In this document: positions 15,391 through 32,267 of the stretch, in pieces | How positions within the stretch are numbered: the first letter of the stretch is position 1 | How the letters are laid out: each line of letters starts with the position of its first letter | Notes under the pieces: model-generated | Told to the model about the DNA's origin: nothing | Database searches by the model: none | Seen by the model: the letters and a program-made list of their open reading frames with translations, nothing else | Source: the human T2T-CHM13v2.0 reference genome, Homo sapiens | Assembly: GCF_009914755.1 (NCBI RefSeq) | Contig: NC_060927.1 | Length of the DNA stretch: 64,000 nucleotides | Strand: one strand, 5' to 3' | Made by a program: the position numbers and the translations under genes

Positions 15391-17711
15391 AATTGTAAAT
15401 TTTTTGTCAAAACTTTTCTTCTCCAGCAATAGACACTAAAAGTAAAGTTCCTCTCCTGTGAGGTCTGTGTTGGTGTTTAAAAGGGGTCTTCATGCTAAAA
15501 ATTTGTGAATTACCATTGATTCTAATCTTCCATCCTCACCTCTCTTCCCCTCTCCCGGGCGATGCTCCAGCTCCGTTCCCGTGGCAGTATGTCTCACAGT
15601 CCCCCAGGAGGGGCATTCTCTGCTCCCTCTAGCCACTCCTTTCAGTCCTTGCTCTAGACTTGGCTGAGAAACCTGCTGGTTCCTGGAAGCCTCATGGAGT
15701 GGGCAGAAAAGGAAGGAACTAAGACCTGCAAAAGACCTGCTCACTAAGGCAGGGCAGGTGTTGGGGGACTGAGGCAACTGTGGAAGTGGACTGGGGAAAA
15801 GACCAGCAGTGTGGCAAGCTTACAATTGTGTTCAATCAGCAAACAGCCCCTGAGTTTCCAGAGAAGACGGTGGTGGCCCCAGCAGGCTAGCAGGGCACAA
15901 CAGGCAATACATGTGACCCACATATTCAAGGGGCAAGTGGCATGGCTGGGGCTCAGTGATTCAGCCCAGCAATGAGGTAAGGACCAGGGAGAAACACTGT
16001 TGTAAAGATTAAGTAGAATGATTGCATCTCGGACATGATTGATGCTCAGGGTGTGGTTTGTGTGTGTGTGCGTAGGGCACAGGAGCAGGAATGGAAGCAG
16101 AAGACAAGTGCTGAGAAGCAGCCCCGTGAACACAGGCAGCTGCAATAGGTGGGGTGGTGGGTAGAGAAGGCTGAAACAAGTCCACTTCCAGGTTCTCTCT
16201 GCCTGGAATACTTTTCTCCCAATCCTACTGCCACCATCCTATGAGGTCCAATTCAATGTCCCCTCCTTTCTGCCCTGGGCTCTACTTGGTTTGCCCAATG
16301 GCCTGGAGGCTCATTGAGAATCTTTCAGGGATAGTGGAGGGAAGTGGATATATGGAGTTGGAAGTTCTGGGTTTACTTGAAAATTCCACCCATAGCTCCA
16401 CCACTTGATGAGCTGAACACTCTCTCTCTCTCAGCTAGTTTTCTCATCTGGAAAGTGCTAAGAACATAAAACTCACCTCGCAGGCTCACACTGAGGGTTC
16501 TACCTAGCCTGCTCGCCCACAGAGACATGGTCAACATCAAATGGGATATGTAGGGGACAAAATTGCTACAAAAATGTGATCTGTACTCCACATTTTTAAT
16601 CTTTATATTCTCCTGACAGCTTCTCACAAAACACCTTGCACTTAGAACATGCTTAGTAATTTGTGGTAGTTAGGGAGCAGTTAAAGTCAGAATCTGGTAG
16701 CGATATGGATTTTCATTACAATTAAAAACCCCACACCCCACTTCCTGTATTTTACAACCTATAGGCAGCAACCGAGCACAGGCTTACTCAGGGAAGGGGT
16801 GATAGAGCAGGCAAAAGAAGATAATTCTTGGCTTTTGAGTTTCTAAATAGACTTTCAGAACTTAAACTAGAGAAGTGGTTTTGAAAGAAATACCAGTTAG
16901 TGGTAAGAACCTACCCCTTCCAGCCTCAAAAGCCAGAGTCCTAAAGAGTCTGGGTACAAAGTTTATACCAAAACAGGAGACGTGAGAGAACGGATGACAA
17001 AGCAAGAGTCAGCTTTTCCCACCCTGGAGGCAATAAAGATTCCCAGGCAAGGAAGAGGGACAAGAAAGAGATTGTCTAACAACAGAGTGAGAAGCAGGGG
17101 TGGGTTCCCGAGATGATGCCTTGCTTCCCATCCCAGGCCAAATCTCCAGAGTGAGGGGGATGCTAAACGTCCCTTATAGGTTGTGAATCTGAGAACAAAA
17201 GAACATGTGCCTTGATCGCCGAGCTGAAAGCAGAAAAGCAGCAGTCCGGTATGGCAGCAGCAGATGAGATGAGAGTGTATTGTTTCCAGACAAAGGGGCC
17301 CTGTGGCAGTTGCTCCACGTCCCCTGTAGCTCTGGATTTGTAAAGGAGAGGGAATGGAAGTGTCTTTTGTCTTGAGAGGGGCACAGATGTAGCTGAGAGG
17401 ATTGCCAGACCTGAAGAGGCTTTGCAAACAGGACAGAGAGAATGCAAAGTGACCTGCAAGGACCGATGACCAGAATCAGGTAGGACTGGGGACTTGTTGA
17501 TGTCAGTGAGAAAGGAATGAAAAATCAGAGAGAGACTGATGGGAACACAGGTGCTCCAGTGGGTGCCACATGGACCAATAATGCAAATGACCATGGTAAG
17601 CCCAGGACAGATGCCTCTTTTTTCAATGCCCTGGCACTGTATAAATGTTTCCTGGAACTATATAAGCAACCCGAATCCTGAATTGATTAAACTTTCCTGT
17701 GTCACTACCTA

Positions 17712-18185
<474 letters not shown>

Positions 18186-18527
18186 TCAAAAAGAACAATA
18201 TGAAATTCAAAAGCAGGCAAAACTAACCCATGGCAACAGATGCTAGAGCAGTAATTAGCGTGGGAAAGGACTGGCTAGGGAGGCTGTGAAGGAGAGTTCT
18301 GGGATGCCAGGGCTGTTGTCAATGTTGATCTGACTGGTGGTTGCATGGTGAAATACACATGTGAAAAATCATCAAGCTGGAAGCACTTTAAGAAGTGTAC
18401 ATTTTACTAAATGCAAGTTATACCTAAAAATAAAAGCATAAACAATTGAGATCAAACACCGAGAAATATAAAGACAAAAGAGTTGTTAAATGGCCAGCAG
18501 CAGACTCATTCTGGGGATGCTTGCGGG

Positions 18528-19523
18528 TGAAGGAGGCCAGCTCCTCCACACCTGTGGGTATTTCTCATCAGGTGGGACAAGAGACTGAGAAAAGAAATAA
18601 GACACAGAGACAAAGTATAGAGAGAGAACAGTGGGCCCAGGGGACCGGCGCTCAGCATATGGAGGACCCACGCCGACACTGGTCTCTGAGTTTCCTTAGT
18701 ATTTATTGATCACTATCTTTACTATCTCGGTGAGGGGGATGTGGCAGGACTATAGGGTAATGGTGGGGAGAGGGTCAGCAGGAAAACGTGTGAGCAAAGG
18801 TCTCTGTGTCATAAATAAGTTTAAGGAAAGGTGCTGTGCCTTGATGTCATGTAGGCCAGATTTATGTTTGAGTTTACACAAACATCTCAGTGTAGTAAAG
18901 AGCAATATTGCCACCAGCATGTCTCACCTCCAGCCATAAGGCGGTTTTCTCCTATCTCAGTAAATAGAATGTGCGATCGGGTTTTACACCGAGACATTCC
19001 ATTTCCAGGGACGAGCAGAAGACAGATGCCTTCCTCTTATCTCAACTGCAAAGAGGCCTTCCTCTTTCATTAATCCTCCTCAGCACAGAGTGTGACCCTT
19101 TGCGGGTGTCGGGCTGGGGGACGGTCAGGTCTTTCCCTTCCCACGAGGCCATATCTCAGGCTGTCTCAGTGGGGAGAAACCTTGGACAATACCCAGGCTT
19201 TCTTGGGCAGAGGTCCCTGTGACCTTCCGCAGTGCATTCTGTCCCTGGGTACTCTCGAGACTGGAGAATGGCGATGACTTTTACCAAGCATACTGCCTGC
19301 AAACACATTTTTAACAAAGCACCTCCTGCACAGCCCTAAATCCATTAAACCTTGAGTCAACACAGCACATGTTTCTGCAGGCACAGGATTGGGGCTGGGG
19401 TTACAGATTAACAGCATCTCAAGGCAGAAGAATTTTTCGTAGTACAGAACAAAATGGAGTTTCTTATGTCTTCTTCATTCCACATATACACAGTAACAGT
19501 CTGATCTCTTTCTTTCCCCTACA
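18528..19523 (-). mobile_element. HERV-K(HML-2) solo LTR, LTR5B-like
   Basis: Minus strand runs TGTAGGGGAAAGAAAGAGATCAGACTGTTACTG...GCTGGCCTCCTTCA, 996 bp, collinear with the 9100-10103 LTR. AATAAA at 18707-18702; the TATA position reads TGTAAAA; no clean TSD. Confidence 0.92.
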
Positions 19524-19800
19524 GGTGGCCCCAGGCATCCAAGGTTCCCCAGAGGGTGCTGGGCCAGTCTTGCCCCCGACACACTCGCACAGAGCACTGC
19601 TGGTTCTCAGAACATTGCACTGGGCAGTCCTCCCTGAGGACACCCTCCCCGGAGGCCCTAGCTGCCTTCAGGGTGATGGCTTGTTTCAGGCGTCACTCTG
19701 AGGCATGGACAGAGCATGTGCACTGGAGAACACACAGGCTACGCACAGGACCACAGGAGTCAAATCCAGGCTCCCCTCTTACTAGCTGTGAAGACTTTAG

Positions 19801-20166
<366 letters not shown>

Positions 20167-20215
20167 AGACTTACATGACTTTAAACAATGTAGTTCAGGC
20201 AAAATAGCTGCTACT

Positions 20216-20662
<447 letters not shown>

Positions 20663-20969
20663 TTATGTAGATGATAGCAAGGAAATAATCCAGCTGGTTT
20701 TCTTGCCTAGATTGACTGGCTTCTATGGTGTTGAATAGATATAATCTGTGAGTCTCTGTCCATGACAACAGAAATTCATGTGTGTACATAGTATATCATA
20801 GTAGGTGCCTGGCACTTCATCAGGCACCTATAAAATGAAGCAATTATTAGTATTAGCCTGTGAAATATTTCCTCCTTTCTTGGCCCACACCATTTCCAAG
20901 AGCCAGGATTGGGCTTCTTAGTGTCGCCTGGAAGGAGACCAAGTAATTTCTGTTGGAGTCTTGGGCAGT

Positions 20970-21273
20970 TTTTTGTTTGTTTGTTTGTTTGTTTGGTTTT
21001 TGTTTTGAGATGGAGTCTCACTCTGTCACGAGGCTGGAGTGCAGTGGTGCAATCTCGGCTCACTGTAACTTCCGCCTCCTAGGTTCAATCAATTCCCTTC
21101 TGAGTAGCTGGGACTACAGGCGCACGCCACCAGGCCCAGCTAATTTTTCTATTTTTAGTAGAGACGGGGTTTCACCATGTTGGCCAGCATGGTCTCGATC
21201 TCCTGACCCCATGATCCGCCTGCCTCAGCCTCCCAAAGTGCTGGGATTACAGGCGTGAGCCACCGCGCCTGGC
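20970..21273 (-). mobile_element. Alu (S-like)
   Basis: Dimer with a small internal deletion and a (GTTT)n tail. Confidence 0.95.
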
Positions 21274-21843
21274 TTCTTGAGCAGTTTTTGAGAAGTCCTT
21301 ACATCCAGCTAGTAATGAACAAGAGTGACACACTCATTAGTGCATTTATTCACATATTCATGTATTCCACCAATATTCATAGCATGCCCGCTATGTCCCA
21401 GGCATTGCATAAGCCAAGGAGCCAACCCAGGCCATCAAGTCAGACACTGACCACGTGGCTGTCTCATCTGCATTAGCCTCATGCGCATTCATCCTATTGT
21501 AAACAAAGGCAATCCTAGGGAAATAAGCAACACTGGACCTTCACCAATGTCTCCTCTAACTGCCACCATGTCACTGCCCCAGAGGGTTCTGTGGGAGCCC
21601 CTCCTGGGCTCTTCTCAGGCCCAGGCCAGATGACCAAGCTCCCACTCCAGCATCCCCCTTTTTCCTCACTTTGGCCACGGGACTTAGCCTGGTTTTCTTC
21701 TCCTAAGTTGCTGCTTCTAACCAACTGTTATGTACCGTAGGGATCCTTACATCCCAGACCAAATGCAGGGTGAGAATGGTCTCCCTGACCTCACATCTTC
21801 TTGCTGCCTGCAGATAAGCTCCCAATCCCTTACTCTTTCATGA

Positions 21844-22233
<390 letters not shown>

Positions 22234-23156
22234 TCATGAGTTTTTAATAATAAAAATGAAAGTAACAAACATGGCAAACTTCTCAAACAACATGGCAGTG
22301 CCCTGATTGAGAAATCATTCTCCTTCAAGATGGAAAAATTTTGCCAAGTCCTTACAGCCATTGTCCCAGGTCCATAGTTTGGGGCTGGCTTGCTTACCTA
22401 CGACTCAGAAGCCTGAAGGTCCAGTTAAGGAAAGGGAGACCTTTGGCTTCTCTAGAGCCCCTACTGGGTGGCATTCATTTCAAAGATCCCACCGCATGTG
22501 AGAACAGGTCCCTTAGGCCTTTCCTCTTAGATGCTTCTCTTACTTTTACCTTTCCAAAAACTAGTTGGGGAAAATGTGTTTCTCCTCATGATTGGCCAAT
22601 GCATTACGGCCAGATGATTGCAAAGTTCTTCTAGTGGGCAGATCAATCAGTACCTGCCACACCCAAAGTTTCCTCCTAAAAGAAACTGTCCTGTTTCATG
22701 GCATCGCTGATTGGTCTGTAAACCCAAGGCACCCACGCTGTAAACTGGCCAGCAGCTCATGACGTTGCCTGGCCTGGTAGGAAAAGCTCTTCCCAAACAG
22801 TGATAGAGCTGATTGGCTTGGTCATCGGATTGTCTCTTCCTGCACCAGGAAATTCTGGGAGAGAAGCAATTGGTGGGTAACAGGAAGACACTAAGGGCAG
22901 CTGAGTCACACCAATGGTGAAAATTAAGAAGCGTTTATTACTGGGTGGGGCGGGGAGCACTGAGATAATCTGATTCCTGTTCATTTCAGTCCCACAGAGG
23001 TGGTACTGACTTCTGCAGATGTTGTAAAAGGACCAGATAAAATGCCATCACTGGCACACTTTTCTCTACCTATAACCCTGAGTTAATTAAAATAAAGCAC
23101 TGATTCATTTCATCATTCTAATCATGTATCGTATGAACATGATAAAAAAAACTTTT

Positions 23157-23492
<336 letters not shown>

Positions 23493-24099
23493 TTAAACAT
23501 GGTCTCTTACAATCCTAACCCGGGGGGGGAAATTTAGGAATACCTTAGGGAAATGTTCTCATAGCTCAATGTCAGCCCCATTTATCCAAGGCACAAACTA
23601 TCCAAAGTAAAGTAAAAACCACACAACTGATGGGAAGACACGTCCATTCCTGGAAATATGCTGTACTTTGAAAACATCATCTCATCTAACTTCATAATAG
23701 CTTTCCCTGGAAGGTGGGGTGTTTATCAGCCTAATTTTACAAATGAAAAATCTGAATCTCAGAAAATTTAAGTAACTGGTCCACAGCCACATAGCAAATA
23801 AGTGACTGACCCAGGGTTTAAACCTAGGTCTGCTTGCCCGTGTTCTTTCTACTCTGCCACTCTGCCTTATAAGAGATCATTAGCAATAACTGGACATGTT
23901 TCACATCTAATGTGACCCCAACAATATCATGCTGCCATTGAGAAGAACAAGGTAGTTTCCACACGCAGACCTGCGGCAATGCCCAAAATAGAATGTGAAG
24001 TAAAACTAGTAAGATGCGAAACAGGATGTATAGTGTGCCTACGTTGTGTTAGAAAAAATGGAAGCCTGAGTGGGAGTGATATGCATATAGAGACTGCTA

Positions 24100-24559
<460 letters not shown>

Positions 24560-24836
24560 CTATAAACTTCTGTCCCTTATGATGCCGTGAAGCCTGAATA
24601 TGACCCCAGTTTTCTCTGTCTGAGACTTCATAGCAAGTAACCCAGAGTCAACAGAAATCAGTGGGTTAAATAGATATTTGGAAGCCCACAGCAATCTTCT
24701 CTTATTTTCTTAAGAACTGACACTTATAAGGAAACTGAGTACAATCGCTTCAGAAAGAAACTTGCTAATTTCTGCCTAGAAAGTAAAAGATATTTAGGAT
24801 TTTTTGAGGCAAGGGATTACCGGAATAGGGAAATCA

Positions 24837-25361
<525 letters not shown>

Positions 25362-25888
25362 CTAAATGAAATTGAATAAGGATATGATCAAGCAAGGGAA
25401 AGGCTAAAAATGCACACCAAAGACAAAAGTCTTCCAGGAAATGATCAATAGCTATGACTAAGTACTAGTTTTAAACTTTTGTACATTAAAAAAGCTATAT
25501 TTTAAAATGATGAGTCAAGTGACTAGCAGGAAAATATCTGAAACATACATTACAAAAGATTATAGTCTTTACTATTTAAAAAGTTTTTATAGCTCTTTTG
25601 AAAAGCCACCCAAAACTGAAAGGAGAACAGAAAACAGAAACATAAACACCACCCTCGATGAAACCAGGAGACATCAGTAACCCCAAACCACAGAAGAGCC
25701 ACTGGCTCCAATTAAGCTTCTGCAAGTTGTACTTATTGTTCTTGGAGTCAGGACCCATGCCTAGGTTCTAGGCACAAAGCTCCCCTGGCTTCATCTTATT
25801 AAGGAGTCAATGCCCTATCTCACTCCCTCTGAGAAATTTTCCAAAAGAGCATCTTCTAACTTTCAAGTAAGCACAAGCCCAGCTAGGG

Positions 25889-25934
25889 GTGTGCGTGTGT
25901 GTGTGTGTGTTTGTGTGCGTGTGTGTGTGTGTGT
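25889..25934. repeat. Imperfect (GT)n, reading (CA)n on the KLHL6 pre-mRNA
   Basis: Direct read. Confidence 0.95.
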
Positions 25935-26039
25935 CCATGTCCCAGGTACAGGCCTGGGAGCTAGACCAGGTCTGGCCTCTGGAGAATTACTGCATTCACC
26001 TGCTTCAGAGAAGAGCACTGAGCCAGTTTGTTCACACAC

Positions 26040-26205
26040 CTGGAAGAGGTTAGCAGCCTCCAGGACCCGCTGGACATTCTGCTTGGTGATCAGCGCCTTG
26101 CTGGTGTACGTGTAGTCCAACAGAGTGTGCATGGTCTCAGCATCAACCCCTTTAATAATGATCCTTTTCTCATACTTTTCCTTTAAATCGTTGCAGAACA
26201 TGGCC
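26040..26205 (-). CDS. KLHL6: KLHL6 coding exon 2 (rest of BTB domain), 166 nt
   Basis: Acceptor ttctcttccAG|G completes the Arg codon from exon 1; encodes [55 protein letters not shown]; donor CAG|GTGTGT at 26039. 293+166 = 459 nt, in frame. Confidence 0.97.
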
Positions 26206-27002
26206 CTGGAAGAGAAATGTGTGAATGTGAATCGTGCCGAGACCCTTGGTTCCAGGCCTAAAGAGATCCCCTTTCAGACTCATCAGGCCCTCACAGAACA
26301 GGGGGTTTCCCAAGGTCAGGTCCTGGGCTGGTGGCTCTCTGTTCTCCAGCACCCCCTACGCATTAGACATTTCATCAGTACTTACCGAGCTGAACTGAAC
26401 TGCCCTGCTCCTCCATGCCCGATTGTGATCTCCAAAGTCAGTCCCAGATCTATTTTATTGGCTTTTATTGGCTCAAAGTGCAGGAGATTCATCTGAGGGC
26501 ATTGTGGAATCCCCAAGCTTCATCTTTTCTCTTCCACCCAGCACCCAAACAGGGCTTCTGACTCTCACACTAGCTCTCGTTTGGCCTGGAGCCTGGCCCC
26601 ACATTCTGGCCTGGCCAGCTGAGGCCCAGATACCTGCCAGAAGTGCAAGTGGCTCCTGTAGCTGCCTCTCACCCCAGCAGCTGAACCCAATGTCCGTAGG
26701 TTCCCAGATGCAGCTGGAGCCTTGAATTCCCTCATTTCAGGACTCTGTCTCGCCTCTGGATTCTGCCTTTCCTGCTCCCTCCCCACGGCTGGACTTCCAG
26801 ATATTTAGCCGCCATCTTGGCTGCAGGGGAAGAGGATAGAAAGGATGTAGGTTTTATCGTAGCATTGGATGGACCAGGATTTGAACACCAGCTCCACCAA
26901 CCCAGGAGTTGGACAGGTCATTTAATCTCCATGACCTTCAGTTTTCTCATCTGAAATGGGGATTTTAATAGCTATTTTTTAAGTTTATTGTAAGGATTAG
27001 GA

Positions 27003-27505
27003 CCCAAAGGACTATAAATCATTCTACCATACACATGCACGTGTATGTTCATTGCAGCACTATTCGCAATAGCAAAGACATAGAATCAACCCAAATGCCC
27101 ACCAGTGATAGACTGGATAAAGAAAATGTGGTACATAAACACCATGGAATACTACGCAGCCATAAAAAAGAACGAGATCGTATCCTTTGCAGGGACATGG
27201 AAGGAGCTGGGGGCCATTATCCTTAGCAAACTAACACAAGAACAGAAAACCAAATATCTCATGTTCTTACTTATAAGTGGAAGCTAAATGATGAGAACAC
27301 ATGGACACATAGAGGGGAACAACACACACTGAGGCCTACCGGAGGGTAGAGGGTGGGAAGAGGGAGAGGATCAGGAAAAATAACTAATGAGTACTAGGCT
27401 TAACACTTGGGTGATTAAATAATCTGTACAACAACTCCCCATGACATAAGTTTACCTATATAACAAACCTAAATACCCCTGAACTTAAAATAAAAGTTTA
27501 AAAAA
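27003..27505 (+). mobile_element. L1 3' end (L1PA15/16-like)
   Basis: ATGTTCATTGCAGCACTATTC...GGATAAAGAAAATGTGGTACAT...GAACTTAAAATAAAAGTT. Confidence 0.85.
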
Positions 27506-27749
27506 GAGAGATATAGAGATTTTTTTTTTTTTACCCCATGCCAGGCCCCATGCCAAGCCCATAAGAATTTATCATGCTTCTTGGACTTTGACATTTAAAC
27601 TGTTGGTCCTTCCCAGGGAATGTGTGAGCAATTTTATTTATTTTTAAAATGCATGTAACTGAACCATGCTCTGAAAACATTTCTGGAATTTTGGAAACTT
27701 ATATGGTACCTAAAATATAGCAAGAATGCATGAATTAAAAGTAGGTGGG

Positions 27750-28000
27750 GGACCGGGGGTGGGGGCTTATGCTTGTAATCCCAGCACTTTGGAAGGCCAA
27801 GGCGGGTGCATCACTTGAGGTCAAGACCAGTCTGGCCAACATGGTGAAACTCCATCTCTACAACAATACAAAAACTAGCCAGTCATGTCTAATCTCTTGA
27901 ACCCAGGAGGCAGAGGTTGCAGTGAGCTGAGATTGTGCCACTGCACTCCAGTTTGGGCAACAGGGCAAGACCCCATCTCAAAAAAAAAAGAAAGAAAGAA
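27750..28000 (+). mobile_element. Alu with internal deletions
   Basis: Alu head, partial arms and A-rich tail; abuts the truncated MLT1B LTR. Confidence 0.9.
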
Positions 28001-28993
28001 AGGAAACTCTAACCCCGCAGTGTGACTCTATTTGGAAATAGGGGTTTTAGGAGGTAATTAAGAAAAATGAGGTCATAGGGCTGAGGTCCTAATCGGATAG
28101 GATTGATGTTTTTATAAGAAGAGGAACAGAGACCAGAATTCTCTTGCACGTGCTGCCCCGTGTGAGGACTCAGCGAGAAGGTGGCCATCTGCAAGCCAGG
28201 AAGGGGACTTCACCAGAACCCACCCATGCTAGCACTCCAATCTCGGACTTTCAGGATCCAGAACTGTGAGAAAATACATGTATGTTGGTTAATCCATCCA
28301 GTCGATGGTGTTTTGTTATGGCAACCCAAGCTGAATAAGGCACATTTTGGTACTGAGAAGTGGGGCGCTGCTGTCACAAATACTGAAAAAATGTGAAAAC
28401 AGCTTTGGAACTGAGTCATGAGTGGAGGTTAGAGGAGTTTTGAGGTAAAAGCTAGAAAAAGTCTAGATTGCCACAAATAGGATGTTGGCAGAAATATGGG
28501 CATTAAAGATCATTCTGGTGAAGTCTCCAATGGAAATGAGGAACACGTATTGGAAACTGGAGGGAAAGTGATCCTTGTTATAAAGTGGCAAAGAAAGGAC
28601 TAAACTGTGTTCTGCTGTTTTGCAAGAGGTGGAACTTGCAAACAATGAAATTGGATATTTAGCTGCGGATACGTCTGAGCAAAGCATGGAAGAAGCAGCT
28701 TTGTTCCTCCTACTGCATGTAGTAAAATGCAAGGGGAGAGGGGTGAATTAGAAAAAGAATGTTTAGGCAAAAGGGAACCAAAAATTAAAGAGTTGGAAAA
28801 TTCTCAGCCTACCCATTCTGAGAAAAATGAGGGAGCATGTTCTGAAGAGAACGCCAAAAATGTGGCTGGACTATCATTTAATAAAATGCTCATGGAATTA
28901 TAGGAACAGAAAGAAACACTGCCAGTTTGAACTGAAGGGGAAGAGACAAGACAATTGAAGGAAGGCTGTCAGACTTCTTGGATTTGACGGTAA

Positions 28994-29940
<947 letters not shown>

Positions 29941-31445
29941 CATCTTTCATATTTCTCCCTTTTGGAATGGGAATGTCTATCCCACACTTGTCCCATTATT
30001 GTATTTTGGAAGCATACATCTTGTCTTGTTCCACAGGTTCACAGCTGGTGAGGAATTTTGCTTTAGGATGAATTATACATAAAGTCTCACCCATATGTGA
30101 TTTAGATGATATTCAGACCATAATCTGGACTTCAGAGTTGATGCCGGAATAAATTAAGACTTGGGAAGCTGTTGGGATATAATGAATGTATTTTGCATAT
30201 AAGAAGGACACGAATTTGGGGGCCAAGTATGGAATGTCATGGATTGAATTGTGTCCCCCACAAAATTCATATGTTGAAACCCTAACCCCTAATGTGAATG
30301 TATTAGGAGATAAGATTTTTAGGAAGTAATTAAAGTGAAATGAGATCATAAGGGTGGATCTCAATTTGATAGGATTCGTGTCCTTATAAGAACAGAAAGA
30401 GAGATTCCACACCCACCTCACCACTCCTGCTCACGCACCGAGGAAAGGCCATGTGAGGACACAGTGAGAAGGTGGCCGTCTGCAAGCCAGGAAGGGAGCC
30501 CTCACCAGAAACCAGATCATGCTAGCAACTTGATGCTAGACTTCCAGACTCTATAGAAGTGTGAGGAAATAAACATTTCTGTTGTTTAAGCCACATAGTC
30601 CATAGTATTTTGTTATGGCAGCCCAAGCTGACTAATACTGGCAGTCTGTATCCACCCCAGACCCTTGTAGTTCACAAACTAGCAAGGGCATTGATGCCCA
30701 AATAACAGTCTACGAGGGGCCATAAGAGACCTACAAAGTGCTGTGGAGGCCAAGAATGGCTACTCATAGAGAAGGAAAATTCTGAAATGTGAAGATTATG
30801 GATAGGATTTCTAGGTAACAAGCACAGTGAGTAAAGCCATAAAGATGCAAGGGCATGAGGCATGAAGAGAAACTAGCAGACATGTGATTCAGTTGAAGCT
30901 CAGGGGACAGGAGAGGGATGAAACAATGGTCTGGAAAGATAACCTGGATCCTGCTTGTGGAGGGCACTGAAGGCAGGATAGGGAGTTAGGTTTTCACTCA
31001 GTGAGCAATGGTGAGCCGTTGAAGGTTGATGAGCAAAGGCAGGACTCAAAGAGAACATTTTAAGCACATGTGTTCTCACTTTTGTTTGCAGGTGATGGGT
31101 GCCACTAGAGTCAAGTATCAGATGAACCCATAAAGAGCTGGGAGGCTTGTGACAATGTCAAAGCCTTTTCTCAGAAAATGTACTAATTGAGGCAGTAGCC
31201 ACACCGCTAGGGAACATCTCCAAACATTAGTCACTGGACTTTCTAAGCTACAGACACATGAACAGGTTAGGGAGCCGTTATCTCCCAGCCAAGTCACTGA
31301 AATGCAAAGGCCCTGGGTGGAGCTCTGGTGATGCAATTCCAAACGCTCGGACTTCCATCTCAACACGGAGGGGATTACACCTCTAAGTCCTGCCCCTCCT
31401 CTCTATCCCACACTTCCTATTTATCTCTGGAAATCAATCATCAGT

Positions 31446-31559
31446 TCTTTCCTTCCTTCCTTCTTTCCTTCCTTCCTTCCTTCCCTCTTTCTTTCTTCTT
31501 TCTTTCTCTCTTTTTCTTTGTTTCTTCCTTTCTTCCTTTCTTTCTCTTCCTTCTTTTCC
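31446..31559. repeat. Polypyrimidine/(CCTT)n low-complexity tract
   Basis: ~113 nt of almost only C/T. Confidence 0.95.
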
Positions 31560-31764
31560 TGGCCTCAAGTGACCCTCTTCCCTCAGGCTCCCCAGTAGCT
31601 AGGACTATAGGCACCCACACCCAACTTTTTTTTTTTTTAATTTTTGTAGAGACAAGGTCCCACTCTGTTGCCCAGGCTGGTGGTGAACTCTGGGGCTCAA
31701 GAGATCCTCCTTCCTCAGCTTCCCAAAGTGCCAAGATTACAGGCATGAGCCTCCGTGCCTGGCC
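31558..31764 (-). mobile_element. Partial Alu (J-like)
   Basis: Left arm plus part of right arm. Confidence 0.85.
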
Positions 31765-32267
31765 ACTCATCCATTTCTTTACCCCTTTTCCTAATCTGCA
31801 AAACAAAGGTAACTGTTTATGGCTTCCCAGAAACATTCAAAAGTCAAAAGACTTCCAGAGAGAGAACGAGAGAGAGACAGAGATACAGAAAATCACTAGA
31901 CACTTGACTTGCTGACTTTTTGGACCTTTTGTTTTAGTCAAGGTGATCGTCCCCCCTCTGTCCTTCCGCCTCCGTCCTTCCCCCTCTGTCCTTGTTGTTT
32001 TAATCAATGGTAACCCTCCTAACCTTTCCTTCCCTCCCCTCTTCTCTTTTCCCTCAGCTGGCCTCTTTCTCCTCACAAGAATATGGTAATAAGAAAGAAA
32101 GAACGAAGGTGAATTCCGGGGCCTCTGTAAAGTGAAGAAATCCCCGCCCAGAGCTGGGGGAGCCGTGATGATATCAGAGCAGGTGACCAATTTACAGACC
32201 AGTTTCCTCAGCCACAAACCCTCTTGACCAGCAGCACAGAGCTGTCTGCAGAACCGTAATCACCAGC

